A DNA stretch of 63,969 nt, counting the filler, from Octopus bimaculoides (taxonomy: Eukaryota), in NCBI RefSeq assembly GCF_001194135.2. It is 8 parts of 8 records of this genome, joined end to end, with 100 filler letters (N's around TTAATTAATTAA, not from the genome) between each part and the next. Parts side by side here need not be neighbours in the genome. Positions count along the whole stretch, not along the records: positions 17,331 to 33,907 come from NC_068997.1; positions 34,008 to 43,395 come from NC_069009.1; 6 more parts are not named here. The stretch is one strand, 5' to 3'. A model generated the notes under the pieces. It saw nothing but the letters and a program-made list of their open reading frames with translations. It was not told the origin of the DNA and ran no database searches. The number at the start of each line of letters is the position of its first letter. Position 1 is the stretch's first letter. The position numbers and the translations under genes were made by a program. This document shows positions 26,847 to 37,409 of this stretch, piece after piece.

Positions 26847-29216
26847 TCATTCATAGAACGAAAAAGTATTTTTATTCATATGCAAGCATCTGAAAGCCTT
26901 AAATGTAATTTTATTAATTAGTTCACCCTTGGAAAAAAAATATGAAAAATAACTCCAAGTTACATAAAGAACAGCAATCTCTACCCTTGTCGTACGGAAA
27001 CTACTTACCTATAATTGACCATTTGAGAGAGTATTCTTTATTCGTGTCTTTCAATTGACAAATTAAACTACTGAGCGCCGTGCTATTTTGTTTATTCCTA
27101 TCCCTAAATGTCGAGTAATGACTGGAAATTCTTCACGAGATTTCAAGTGAAGAAGCGCCTATATAACTCCAAATCTTCTTTTTAGTTAAAACATTACACC
27201 TATATACAGTATTCTTAGTTTTTGCATTTGCACTAAGGAATCTAATTCTATTAGGATTAACTATTATTACTATTATTTTGTTACTATTAATATTGGTACT
27301 ATTATTATTATCCTTGTTTACTTGAAGATTATCTAAAACAGTGTTTCTAGGAGTATTATGACTGTTATCTATATTTATGCCATTAGAATCTTGAATAGAA
27401 TTAGAGGATAATAGCTTTAAGTTATGAGTGGCGATAATTTGGGTTAAATTTTTGGTATTAGAAAAACCAAACCTTACCTTATACGCGAGTTGTTAGGAAA
27501 GTTTTTACTAACTACATTCCTGAATAATCTAACTAATTTGATTTAATCTGTTTCCCAAATGGAATGACGAACCATAAACTATCCTGTTTATTGGAATTAT
27601 AACTTTCACTATTATTCATAAAAAAACTTTAGTTTACTATTATTAGTGTTATATACACGACCATGGCATTGTGGTCCACGTTTGATCTTTCTTACTAAGT
27701 TAACATTATTATTAGTAGTATTAGTTTTATAATTAACCTTGCTACAATTAACATCTGCCTTAGAGGAAACAGAATCTGGATGAATGTAGTACACCTTATC
27801 TTTATACCTTGCTTTAGACAAGGCCGAGTTATAAAACTTTGCCTCATCCTCAAAAACCAGATTATTTGCCGATAGGTTAGATAACCTTAATGATATATTA
27901 TGAACTAAATTATCAGTTATTGCTTTGGGATGATTGCTAAATTTACTAATGTATCTAAGGTTTGTTGAAGGTTTATGATATGGTCTATAAGATTTATTGA
28001 GCAGATCAAGTGTAACATCTAAAAAATTAGCTAAAGATGTATTATCTTCAAAAATTATAAGCATTCCTATTCTACGAAAAAATCTAGCTAATCTATTTTT
28101 CACCCTTTGTACCTGTTGCTTCGAGCTATTTCTGAGATATAGGAGACAATCATCCCTATATAAACCCCCTCTAATATTTGGGAATTGATCAGCCATTTCA
28201 TTAAGTATGAAAGAACAAACTACATCAGCAATCTGTGCTGAATCTGAATTACCCATAGGTACATCAAATGCATCAGGGGTATCCTTACGAATCCAAATCT
28301 TGTTATTAAATTTAATAAAGTATCTTCTAGCGGCTAGAACAACATTAATCTCATCAGTAGTAAGCCCTGCTTTATTGTGTATAAACCACAACGCCTTATT
28401 AAGTACAGAAGGATTAATAGAGGGATGAAAATTAGCTATATCAAATTGCATAAATTTCACATTATCCTTATCCTTAATACATTTAAACCAATCTACTACT
28501 TGCTTAGAATTGGACCATAGTTGAAGTTTAAGTTTACTAACTATTGTAGGGATATACTTATCTAATATATTTTTACTAAGTATCCCTATATCCGATTTAG
28601 CCGGGCAAATAAGCCTTAAGGAAGGATCAGTCCAAAAATTATTCTTATGATCTTTCAAGATGAACCGCAGTTCCTTTGGCACTAGAGGCTCAGTCCTATT
28701 CAATAAATTGAAGTTCTTCATTAACTTTTTAGTTTCAATGTTTGCATTTCTTAGTATGTTCTTATTTGTTGTTTTATAGTTCTTCTCAATTTCTTTTTTA
28801 AGAAGGTCAAAATAATATTGCTTCTGTAGTTTATACACATTACCTGTTTTGTCCGATTTAACTAATATGCTGTTTGCACTGTTAATTTCCCTGGAAATTT
28901 TATTTAGGTACTCCAAATGAAGGTTCCTTCTAATATGTTTCTTCATTTTAATGTTCTTTACAACTTCCCAAAGTTCTTCTTCAAATTTGTCCAACCTAAG
29001 ATTGTATGGTGGATTATTCCTTGTTTTAAAAAGTCTGTTATACTGTGAATTATCATCCGTGGTTTTAATTGCCTGCTCTGCTTTATCAAAAAAATAAGCT
29101 TTCCACCTTATTCTGTTGATGAATGAATGCGTTTTTCTTATTAATTACTTTATATATACGTTCCTGGGTGGTATTGGAATATCTTTCAAGGATGCATTAA
29201 TTTTAAATAGCTCCAT
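26847..29216 (-). pseudogene. Penelope-like element RT + C-terminal GIY-YIG polyprotein (~790 codons, disrupted; Hydra-clade-like)
   Basis: ATG at 29216: MELFKINASLKDIPIP..K*..FINRIRWKAYFF, in frame with the 460-aa ORF (KSDKTGN, QFDIANFHPSI, PMGNSDSAQIAD, GLYRDD, NFLDVTLDL, SNHP). Frameshifted continuation: LWFVIPF, KNTVYRC, SYIGAS..RISSH, LKWSII, CSLC, CLH; stop at 26847. Confidence 0.9.
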
Positions 29217-30270
29217 ATGTATATANNNNNNNNNNNNNNNNNNNNNNNNNNNNNNNNNNNNNNNNNNNNNNNNNNNNNNNNNNNNNNNNNNNNNNNNNNN
29301 NNNNNNNNNNNNNNNNNNNNNNNNNNNNNNNNNNNNNNNNNNNNNNNNNNNNNNNNNNNNNNNNNNNNNNNNNNNNNNNNNNNNNNNNNNNNNNNNNNNN
29401 NNNNNNNNNNNNNNNNNNNNNNNNNNNNNNNNNNNNNNNNNNNNNNNNNNNNNNNNNNNNNNNNNNNNNNNNNNNNNNNNNNNNNNNNNNNNNNNNNNNN
29501 NNNNNNNNNNNNNNNNNNNNNNNNNNNNNNNNNNNNNNNNNNNNNNNNNNNNNNNNNNNNNNNNNNNNNNNNNNNNNNNNNNNNNNNNNNNNNNNNNNNN
29601 NNNNNNNNNNNNNNNNNNNNNNNNNNNNNNNNNNNNNNNNNNNNNNNNNNNNNNNNNNNNNNNNNNNNNNNNNNNNNNNNNNNNNNNNGGAAATATAAAG
29701 ATATATAAAAAACATAAAAATATAAGGCACATAAAAAGCCTACAAACAGTACAAATAGCTATAGACACTCCAATACATATATAAGAGTCCATGTGCATAA
29801 CCATACTCAGATATCCCCTCACTCACATGTATACATATACAAGTATGTATACACAGGCATTCTACTACGTACGCGGTTCCCGGCATCAACGCTATCTACC
29901 GTACTTAGAAAGTTGTATGTGTTTTTTAAAAGAAATTTTGCTGAGTGTGCGCGCGTCATTTCTATATATTTTGGATGGGTTTATGTGGAGGTTCATTTTA
30001 CACGAGTTATTAATGTTCTAGTAGCAATAACAGTGATAATGATGATGATGATGATGATAACAACAACAACAATAATAACAACAACAACCATAATAATATG
30101 CCTTTCTAACTTTGCGGTGTTGGATATGATGTTGCTACTTCCAACGGTTAGAACTTTCTTGCTGTACCTCTATTTTTATTTTTATTTTATTTTTGCTTTT
30201 GTTTTTGTTCTTGTTTCTATTTCACCTTTGTTTTTACCTCTTACTCTATATTTGTATGAAATTCTTTGTG

Positions 30271-30386
30271 AATCTCTGAAGAGGCCTAGCGAATCGTGCA
30301 TGTACCTCCATTTCAACATTTCATCCAATAATCACTCCGGCAGGAACTGGGGCATGCCAAACCCAGACCGAAACAGCTGTAAGATT
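30271..30386 (+). ncRNA. Type I hammerhead ribozyme (second family) with extended stem II
   Basis: AAUCU-CUGAAGA-GGCCUAGC..[87 nt in total]..CCCAGACC-GAAA-CAGCUG-UA-AGAUU: perfect 5-bp stem I, intact core, imperfect stem II. Confidence 0.75.
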
Positions 30387-31649
30387 AAACTTTTGTTCAT
30401 TCTCTAATTCCTTATGTACTTTTTACGTTTATCTGTAAACCCGTTTGTCAAAATAACATGGTTTGTCATAAACACCTGTACTTTGTGGGGTTTTTTTTTG
30501 TCACTTTAGCTATGAATTAAATTAATGAATTCAACGGAATACACTGCAAGTCGTTGGGTTCAGCATATTATCCTCCATTTTCTAATTGATATACAAATTT
30601 AGGGTAACCCCCCCTTTTACGTACAAGCATACCCATCGGTACATACATATTTCATGTGTTGAGAAGGGAAGATTACTGTAGTAGTTCGTATTTTTCTTTT
30701 TAATTAATTATAATAATTATACACAAACACACACACACACACGCACACATATATATGTATATATATATATATATAAATTCATCCACTTTTTTCTTGTATA
30801 TTGCGTAATTTAACATAACTTAATTTAATATAATATAATAGAGTCAAGTCCCTATATTAATTTCTTTATTANNNNNNNNNNNNNNNNNNNNNNNNNNNNN
30901 NNNNNNNNNNNNNNNNNNNNNNNNNNNNNNNNNNNNNNNNNNNNNNNNNNNNNNNNNNNNNNNNNNNNNNNNNNNNNNNNNNNNNNNNNNNNNNNNNNNN
31001 NNNNNNNNNNNNNNNNNNNNNNNNNNNNNNNNNNNNNNNNNNNNNNNNNNNNNNNNNNNNNNNNNNNNNNNNNNNNNNNNNNNNNNNNNNNNNNNNNNNN
31101 NNNNNNNNNNNNNNNNNNNNNNNNNNNNNNNNNNNNNNNNNNNNNNNNNNNNNNNNNNNNNNNNNNNNNNNNNNNNNNNNNNNNNNNNNNNNNNNNNNNN
31201 NNNNNNNACTGCAAGTCGTTGGGTTCAGCATATTATCCTCCATTTTCTAATTGATATACAAATTTAGGGTAACCCCCCCTTTTACGTACAAGCATACCCA
31301 TCGGTACATACATATTTCATGTGTTGAGAAGGGAAGATTACTGTAGTAGTTCGTATTTTTCTTTTTAATTAATTATAATAATTATACACAAACACACACA
31401 CACACACGCACACATATATATGTATATATATATATATATAAATTCATCCACTTTTTTCTTGTATATTGCGTAATTTAACATAACTTAATTTAATATAATA
31501 TAATAGAGTCAAGTCCCTATATTAATTTCTTTATTAACTTTTACTTTCCTACCTACTAATAGTTAACCTTGGATTATTTGTTTTTTTTATTTATATACAT
31601 TTATATATTTTTGCCTACTTTGTTGTTTATGTTATCAGTTATCCATTAA

Positions 31650-32085
31650 CCAACAATATAATACACCTAATAATAATAATAATTTATTCTTTTGTATACA
31701 TATACATATACATATACATATAAATGTATAGATATGTATTTATGTATATTTATGTATATGTATGTATATGTAAAATGTATTTATATTTATAACTTAACCT
31801 TATGTACTTTCTAAACTCTCTGACGAAGCCCAGAGGCACACTCAAGTACCTTAACCTTATCTACCAAATACTTCAGTTCACCGAAGGGATAGAAGTAAAG
31901 TGGGGTATTATGACCTCTTGCCTGAAACAACTGTAAGAAACTATTCTACTATCTATGTTCTACGTTATATATTTTAATAATTACTGGTATTTTTATATTT
32001 TATATATTATATATGTAAAGCATAATGTGTTATACATGTATGTATATTGTTATAGTTGTTTTTTTTTAAATAAATAAATAGACAT
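31650..32085 (+). repeat. PLE pseudo-LTR-like repeat (inverted 5' copy) containing an HHR at 31817-31938
   Basis: CTGACGA at 31820 and GAAACAACTGTA at 31924. The stem III palindrome and stem II each carry one extra mismatch versus the 23.8 kb copy. Confidence 0.85.
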
Positions 32086-32599
32086 AATATAATATCTAAA
32101 AGTTGATGAATACCACCTCTTGATTCCCTCCATTTCCTTATTGCCGTATATATATATANNNNNNNNNNNNNNNNNNNNNNNNNNNNNNNNNNNNNNNNNN
32201 NNNNNNNNNNNNNNNNNNNNNNNNNNNNNNNNNNNNNNNNNNNNNNNNNNNNNNNNNNNNNNNNNNNNNNNNNNNNNNNNNNNNNNNNNNNNNNNNNNNN
32301 NNNNNNNNNNNNNNNNNNNNNNNNNNNNNNNNNNNNNNNNNNNNNNNNNNNNNNNNNNNNNNNNNNNNNNNNNNNNNNNNNNNNNNNNNNNNNNNNNNNN
32401 NNNNNNNNNNNNNNNNNNNNNNNNNNNNNNNNNNNNNNNNNNNNNNNNNNNNNNNNNNNNNNNNNNNNNNNNNNNNNNNNNNNNNNNNNNNNNNNNNNNN
32501 NNNNNNNNNNNNNNNNNNNNNNNNNNNNNNNNNNNNNNNNNNNNNNNNNNNNNNNNNNNNNNNNNNNNNNNNNNNNCAATACATTTGTAAAATATGATC

Positions 32600-33365
32600 T
32601 TTCGTACACTTTTCTTTTGCGGGTTAGACATGCTATTTACTACAACAGAAAAAGCGTTTTGTGTATTGAAGTACGCCCAAACTCCGTTTAAATGTGAATG
32701 TGTAACGTGTATTTGTTAGAAGATTTCATAAACAAGCGCCAACAGGGAAGCAGATTTGGATGTGACATAAGAAGTTTCAGGCGGAAGGCGGTTTGTGTCG
32801 GAAAAAAAGAGGCTTCACGGCCAGCAGTTTTAGAAGAGATAGGGAACCAACTTTGGAAAACGCTTAATCGGAGTCTAAAGAAATCTATGTTTGGCGCGTT
32901 ATAAGAAAACGCTTACAGTTGATCCTCTACAAGCTTCAACTTGTGCAGACTTTAAAGCCGGTTGATAAGCAAAACTATAAAACGTTCTGCGAAGATAAGC
33001 AAGAGAAACTTGAGTATGACAACTTTGAAAACCGTCTTGTTTTCAGCGACGAGGCCACACTCCATATGAATGGCAAAGTGAACAAGCAAAATATTCGCAT
33101 TTGGGGCGAAGAAAAAACACATGACACAATTGAACACGAAAGGGACATACCAAAAGTAAATGTGTTTTGTGCCATCTAAAAGAACCGTGATAATTTTGGA
33201 ACATTAGGAAATTATCATCTCACAGAATTTTTCGTTAGGAATCTGTAGAATAAAACCTGTCACGTTCAAAATTAAGCCTATTAAGTTTCATTTTTCTTGA
33301 CTGTGTAGTTACTCCGATAGGAACATCTCAAATGATGTCAAATGTTTTGGGACAACCTTTGTATA
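32600..33365 (+). mobile_element. Tc1/mariner rosa (DD41D)-like transposon relic
   Basis: EKAFCVLKYAQ..; YKLQLVQTLKP; LVFSDEATLHMNGKVNKQNIRIWGEE..ERDIPKVNVFCA. Right TIR-like end GGGACAACCTTTGTA at ~33350-33363. Confidence 0.8.
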
Positions 33366-33873
33366 ATACGTATATATATATATAAAATGGAACAAAAACG
33401 CAATAGAGGGCATTAAAACGTTCAGACAGATAGATGACACAAAGGCGGACAAGAGAAACAACAATTAGAAGGAGAGGCAAAAAGTCGGACCATTCTTAGN
33501 NNNNNNNNNAAGGAGAGGCAAAAAGTCGGACCATTCTTAGCTTTCTTTCATCAGTCAAGTACCAGAAGTCACGACCATTTCGGACAGTTACACTTGAGAT
33601 GGTTCGATCTGGTTGTCCCCGAAAAAATCTAAGGTAAGAGCATCAGACCCCTTTGTAAGAAAGTTATCGAATGTGTACGGCAACAAAGAAAAAAAAACAA
33701 AGAAAAAAAAACAAACAAACAAACAAAAAACGGAGAAAATGGTACAGCATTACGAATACAAACTACAAGAAATAACAACAGGCGTCGTTCGACTGAGAAC
33801 GATTCAAATTGAGCAGGCGTGTATGGAGTGAAAGCCTAAAGGCAGGAACATGGGAGATATATATGTATATGTA

Positions 33874-33907
<34 letters not shown>

Positions 33908-34007
33908 NNNNNNNNNNNNNNNNNNNNNNNNNNNNNNNNNNNNNNNNNNNNTTAATTAATTAANNNNNNNNNNNNNNNNNNNNNNNNNNNNNNNNNNNNN
34001 NNNNNNN

Positions 34008-34132
34008 ACAAGGCTTTGGTCAGCCCAAGACTATAGTAGAAGACACTTGCCCAAGGTGTCACGCAGTGGGACTGAACCCGGAACCATGTGGTTCGTTAGC
34101 AAGCTACTTACCACACAGCCACTCCTGCGCCT
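34008..34132 (-). mobile_element. SINE family B head (rest in N gap)
   Basis: Matches the head of 22520-22950. Confidence 0.85.
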
Positions 34133-34319
34133 GTGCATATTTGTCTATTGCGTGTGTATTACACTGTTTGTCTCCGTTTTTTTTTCTCTCTTCTGTCTTT
34201 AGTCGTAATGTGTGGTGTGGCGGTGGATGTTTTTGTTCCATTCATGTTTTCTGTCGAGGCTTGGTCTGTCTATTGCTATGTGTGTAGCCTCTGTGATCTA
34301 AGTGCTCTGTCATTTCTTA

Positions 34320-34557
34320 TTTCTTTACTGCCCATAAGGGGCTACACACAGAGGGGACAAACAAGAACAGACAAACGGATTAAGTCGATTATATCGACCC
34401 CAGTGCGTAACTGGTACTCATTTAATCGACCCCCCCCCCCCGAAAGGACAAAAAACAAAGTCAACCTCGCCGGAATTTTGAACTCACAATGTAGCGGCAG
34501 AAGAAATACCACTAAGCATTTCGCCCGGTGCGCTAATGTTTCCACCAGCTCGCTGCC
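34320..34557 (-). mobile_element. SINE family C
   Basis: Similar to 43045-43274 and 56486-56700. Confidence 0.85.
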
Positions 34558-34699
34558 ATTTCTATGCATTGATAATGCCTCTACCTCTATGCTATGAACC
34601 AAGCCTCTATGTTCTGTTTGAGCATATTGGTAGGGCATTGACAAGCCTTTCTCTTCTTTGAACACTTGCTAGTATTCACCAACATATTCCCCTATGCTG

Positions 34700-34830
34700 T
34701 GTGCTATCTCTGCCACCCGTATAAGAGGGAGACATGGGATGAAGTAGTGAGGGCCAAATTCAAGCCGCTGAGCTTCACAGAGAAGACAATTATGGACCAA
34801 AATGTCTGCCAATATGAGGTTCTTGAGAAA
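34700..34830 (+). mobile_element. RTE LINE C-terminal fragment
   Basis: ETWDEVVRAKFKPLSFTEKTIMDQNVCQYEVLEKT parallels the GRPRKTWDEVV region of the RTE at 55.8 kb. Confidence 0.6.
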
Positions 34831-35019
34831 ACCCACCCACTTCGGTAAAACTCGGTTCTGGAAGCATTGCTTATTAATGAGCTCTCCAACCATGGGTTAC
34901 ATTAATTTACTCTAATTAAGCTATTCATTAATCATTTCTTTAATAATCGTCCCTTCATTTCTGAAACTGATGCATTCTTCCTTTAATTGTAGGTGAGATG
35001 GCTTAAAGAACTGCTTGTT

Positions 35020-36800
35020 AAACAACCAACCAATTAACAGAGTGCTATTAAGACAATCAACCAATTGCTGTATTCCTAACCAATTAACTAAATGCTGTTT
35101 TACTTATAATTACAAAAATTTACATTAACGGATTCATTATATCAGATAGCTAATTAATAAATTGCTTCTGAAATAATTGATCCATAAGTGATGATCAGAC
35201 AAGTAAAGGCTTGCTTATAAAATAACTTGACCAATTCTAGTTTTGCCAGTCAAGCAGCCAACAAATTGCTTTGCAAATAAACTGTTATTGTGCCAACTCA
35301 GTCAACAATTTCTTATCAGACAATCAAACAATTGCTGTTTTATCTGCAAATTGTTATTTGAGCAACAATTTCATGTTCGAGAAGTGACCAACTGTGATTT
35401 TATCTTAAGTGGATTTGCTATTCAGACAACTACAAAATAGGTACTGTGCCTTTCGTTTCACCCAATACTTACTTGTTAGACAACCAATCAGTTGTACTTT
35501 TAGCAACCAATTATTACTCAGGCAACAACGAAATTGTTATTTTGCTAACTCGCCCAACAATTGCTTGTCAGAGAACAAACCAATTGTACTACCAAGTAAA
35601 TTTCCACTCAGACCACGAAAATTACTATTGTGCCAACCAATTAACTTACCAACTGTCATTTTGCCAAACAACTAATTAAGCAAAAATTCAACTCATTTAT
35701 AAATATAGTTGTAATTGTGCCAATATTCCCAGGAGTTGCTATTTAGGCAAGTAACCAACTATTCATTCAGTAACTAATCAATTGTTTTAACAACAATTGT
35801 TAATTGACAAATAACCAGTTACTGCTTTAAAATCCAATTGTTCATATAATAACAAACAAATTAATGTTTTGACAATCAAGCAATTGTTTAGATAACCATC
35901 CGATTGCTCATTTGAGAGAGAAAAAAATCAATTATTGTTTTGGCAACCAAGCAGTTGCCCATATAGCTAACCCATTGATGTTGTGACAATCATTTGTTCA
36001 TTGAATAACTAACAAATTTTTAATTCATCCAACTAATTATTTGTCAGATAATTAATAGATTCCAGTTTTTGCCAACCAAGAAATTCAGATGATTTTTGAC
36101 CACAACAAAGCCAATTTTGTATCAGTTCACCCAACAACTGCTTGTCAGAGAATCAACCAATTGCTATTCAGACAATTGACAACTTGCTTTTCAGATAACC
36201 AGCCAATTGCTATTAAGAAAACTGAATGCTGTTGTGCCAAATGATTATTTCTTTGCCAATTCATCTGACAAACAAATGCTATTAATATACACGATCAGTT
36301 ACTAATTAGGCATTTTTGGACTTTTGGGGTTTTTTTTTGCCAAGCAGCCAACAAAACAAGTCAGTAAGATGTATAATTTAGGCCAGTTTAGACATCAGCA
36401 AAAAACAATTTTGTGTCAATTCACTTGATAATTGCTTGTTTGAGAAATAATCAGTTGTTATCCGGACAATAGACAAGTTGCTCTTCAGACAACTGGTAAG
36501 TTGTTATCAACAAAAAAATACAATTTTGCATCAGTTCACCCAAAAACAGCTTGTCAGTGACCCAACCTGAATTGCTATTCAGGCATTTGGCAAATTTCTG
36601 TTTAGAAAAACCAACCAAATACTTTTCAGACAATTGATAAGTTGCTATTTAGAGAAACAACCAATTGCTCTTCAATAAGTTAATATTCAGATGACAAACT
36701 AATTGCTGTTTTGAAAATAGAATGCTATTGTGCCAGCCTACAAACCAATTGACTACTACTTAGCCAAAATAATTAACATATATTCATTAATCCTACAAGA
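35020..36800 (+). repeat. Degenerate low-complexity tandem array rich in (C)AACCAATTGCT / AGACAA motifs
   Basis: Recurrent motif near 35055, 35575, 36152, 36200, 36657 and 36800. Longer paralogous blocks at ~36112 and ~36521 (CAATTTTG.ATCAGTTCACCCAA...GCTTGTCAG). Confidence 0.7.
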
Positions 36801-36859
36801 ACCAATTGTCGCTTTTGCATTTGTTGTTTTTTGCTGAGTCACCAATCTGCCAATCAACC

Positions 36860-37381
36860 ATGTTTCGAATGCTTCAGAATCAAAGCAATGGAAGCAAGCA
36901 AATGAATCCATCGGATATAATCATAAACAACTGGCATCTTGATGAATGGACTCTGCGTATGAAGAGCAACTTCAAGGGAGAGAAGTGGGCATGCTTTGCA
37001 TTGATTGGCGTTTTATGCTGCGACGTTTTTCTCGTGCTGAGTTTGCTGGCATACAAGGAAGTGTTCACAGGCAAAATCCGCATCCCGATAATGATTGCTT
37101 GCATCCTGCTGACGTGCAGCGGGGTCGTTTACCTTATCATTTCCTTTTTCATCTACCAACGGAAGAAGAAAGAAACGCACAGGGTACAGTATGAGAACAC
37201 TAAGGAATATATGACAACGCAACTATCTTTGGAACGGAAAATAGAGAACAGAAATATTTACGAAGAAAGCAATCAGCAAATCATTGCTGAAGAAATACAA
37301 CCAGGTGTGATTCTGGGTAAAGTCATCAATAAGGACAAACCATTCAAAAACCTAAAGATGAATTTCTCAGAAACTGTTTGA
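36860..37381 (+). CDS. Hypothetical 173-aa protein with two predicted transmembrane helices and a basic juxtamembrane motif
   Basis: Uninterrupted ORF from AACC-ATG (A at -3) to TGA. Hydrophobic stretches WACFALIGVLCCDVFLVLSLLAY and IPIMIACILLTCSGVVYLIISFFIY are followed by QRKKK. No TE motifs or microsatellite. No expression evidence available. Confidence 0.55.
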   Translation: MFRMLQNQSNGSKQMNPSDIIINNWHLDEWTLRMKSNFKGEKWACFALIGVLCCDVFLVLSLLAYKEVFTGKIRIPIMIACILLTCSGVVYLIISFFIYQRKKKETHRVQYENTKEYMTTQLSLERKIENRNIYEESNQQIIAEEIQPGVILGKVINKDKPFKNLKMNFSETV

Positions 37382-37409
37382 AGTATTATTTTTCAATTTC
37401 TTCCATTAA

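Noticed and set aside
29793-30407. 204-aa plus-strand ORF
   Set aside because: Non-ATG start, built from ATG/ACA microsatellites and T-rich low complexity, overlaps a ribozyme, and has no recognisable domain.
30543-31536. Exact 329-bp direct duplication (30543-30871 and 31208-31536) across an N gap
   Set aside because: Identical sequence at both contig edges is typical of an unmerged overlap. It needs long reads before being called a tandem duplication.
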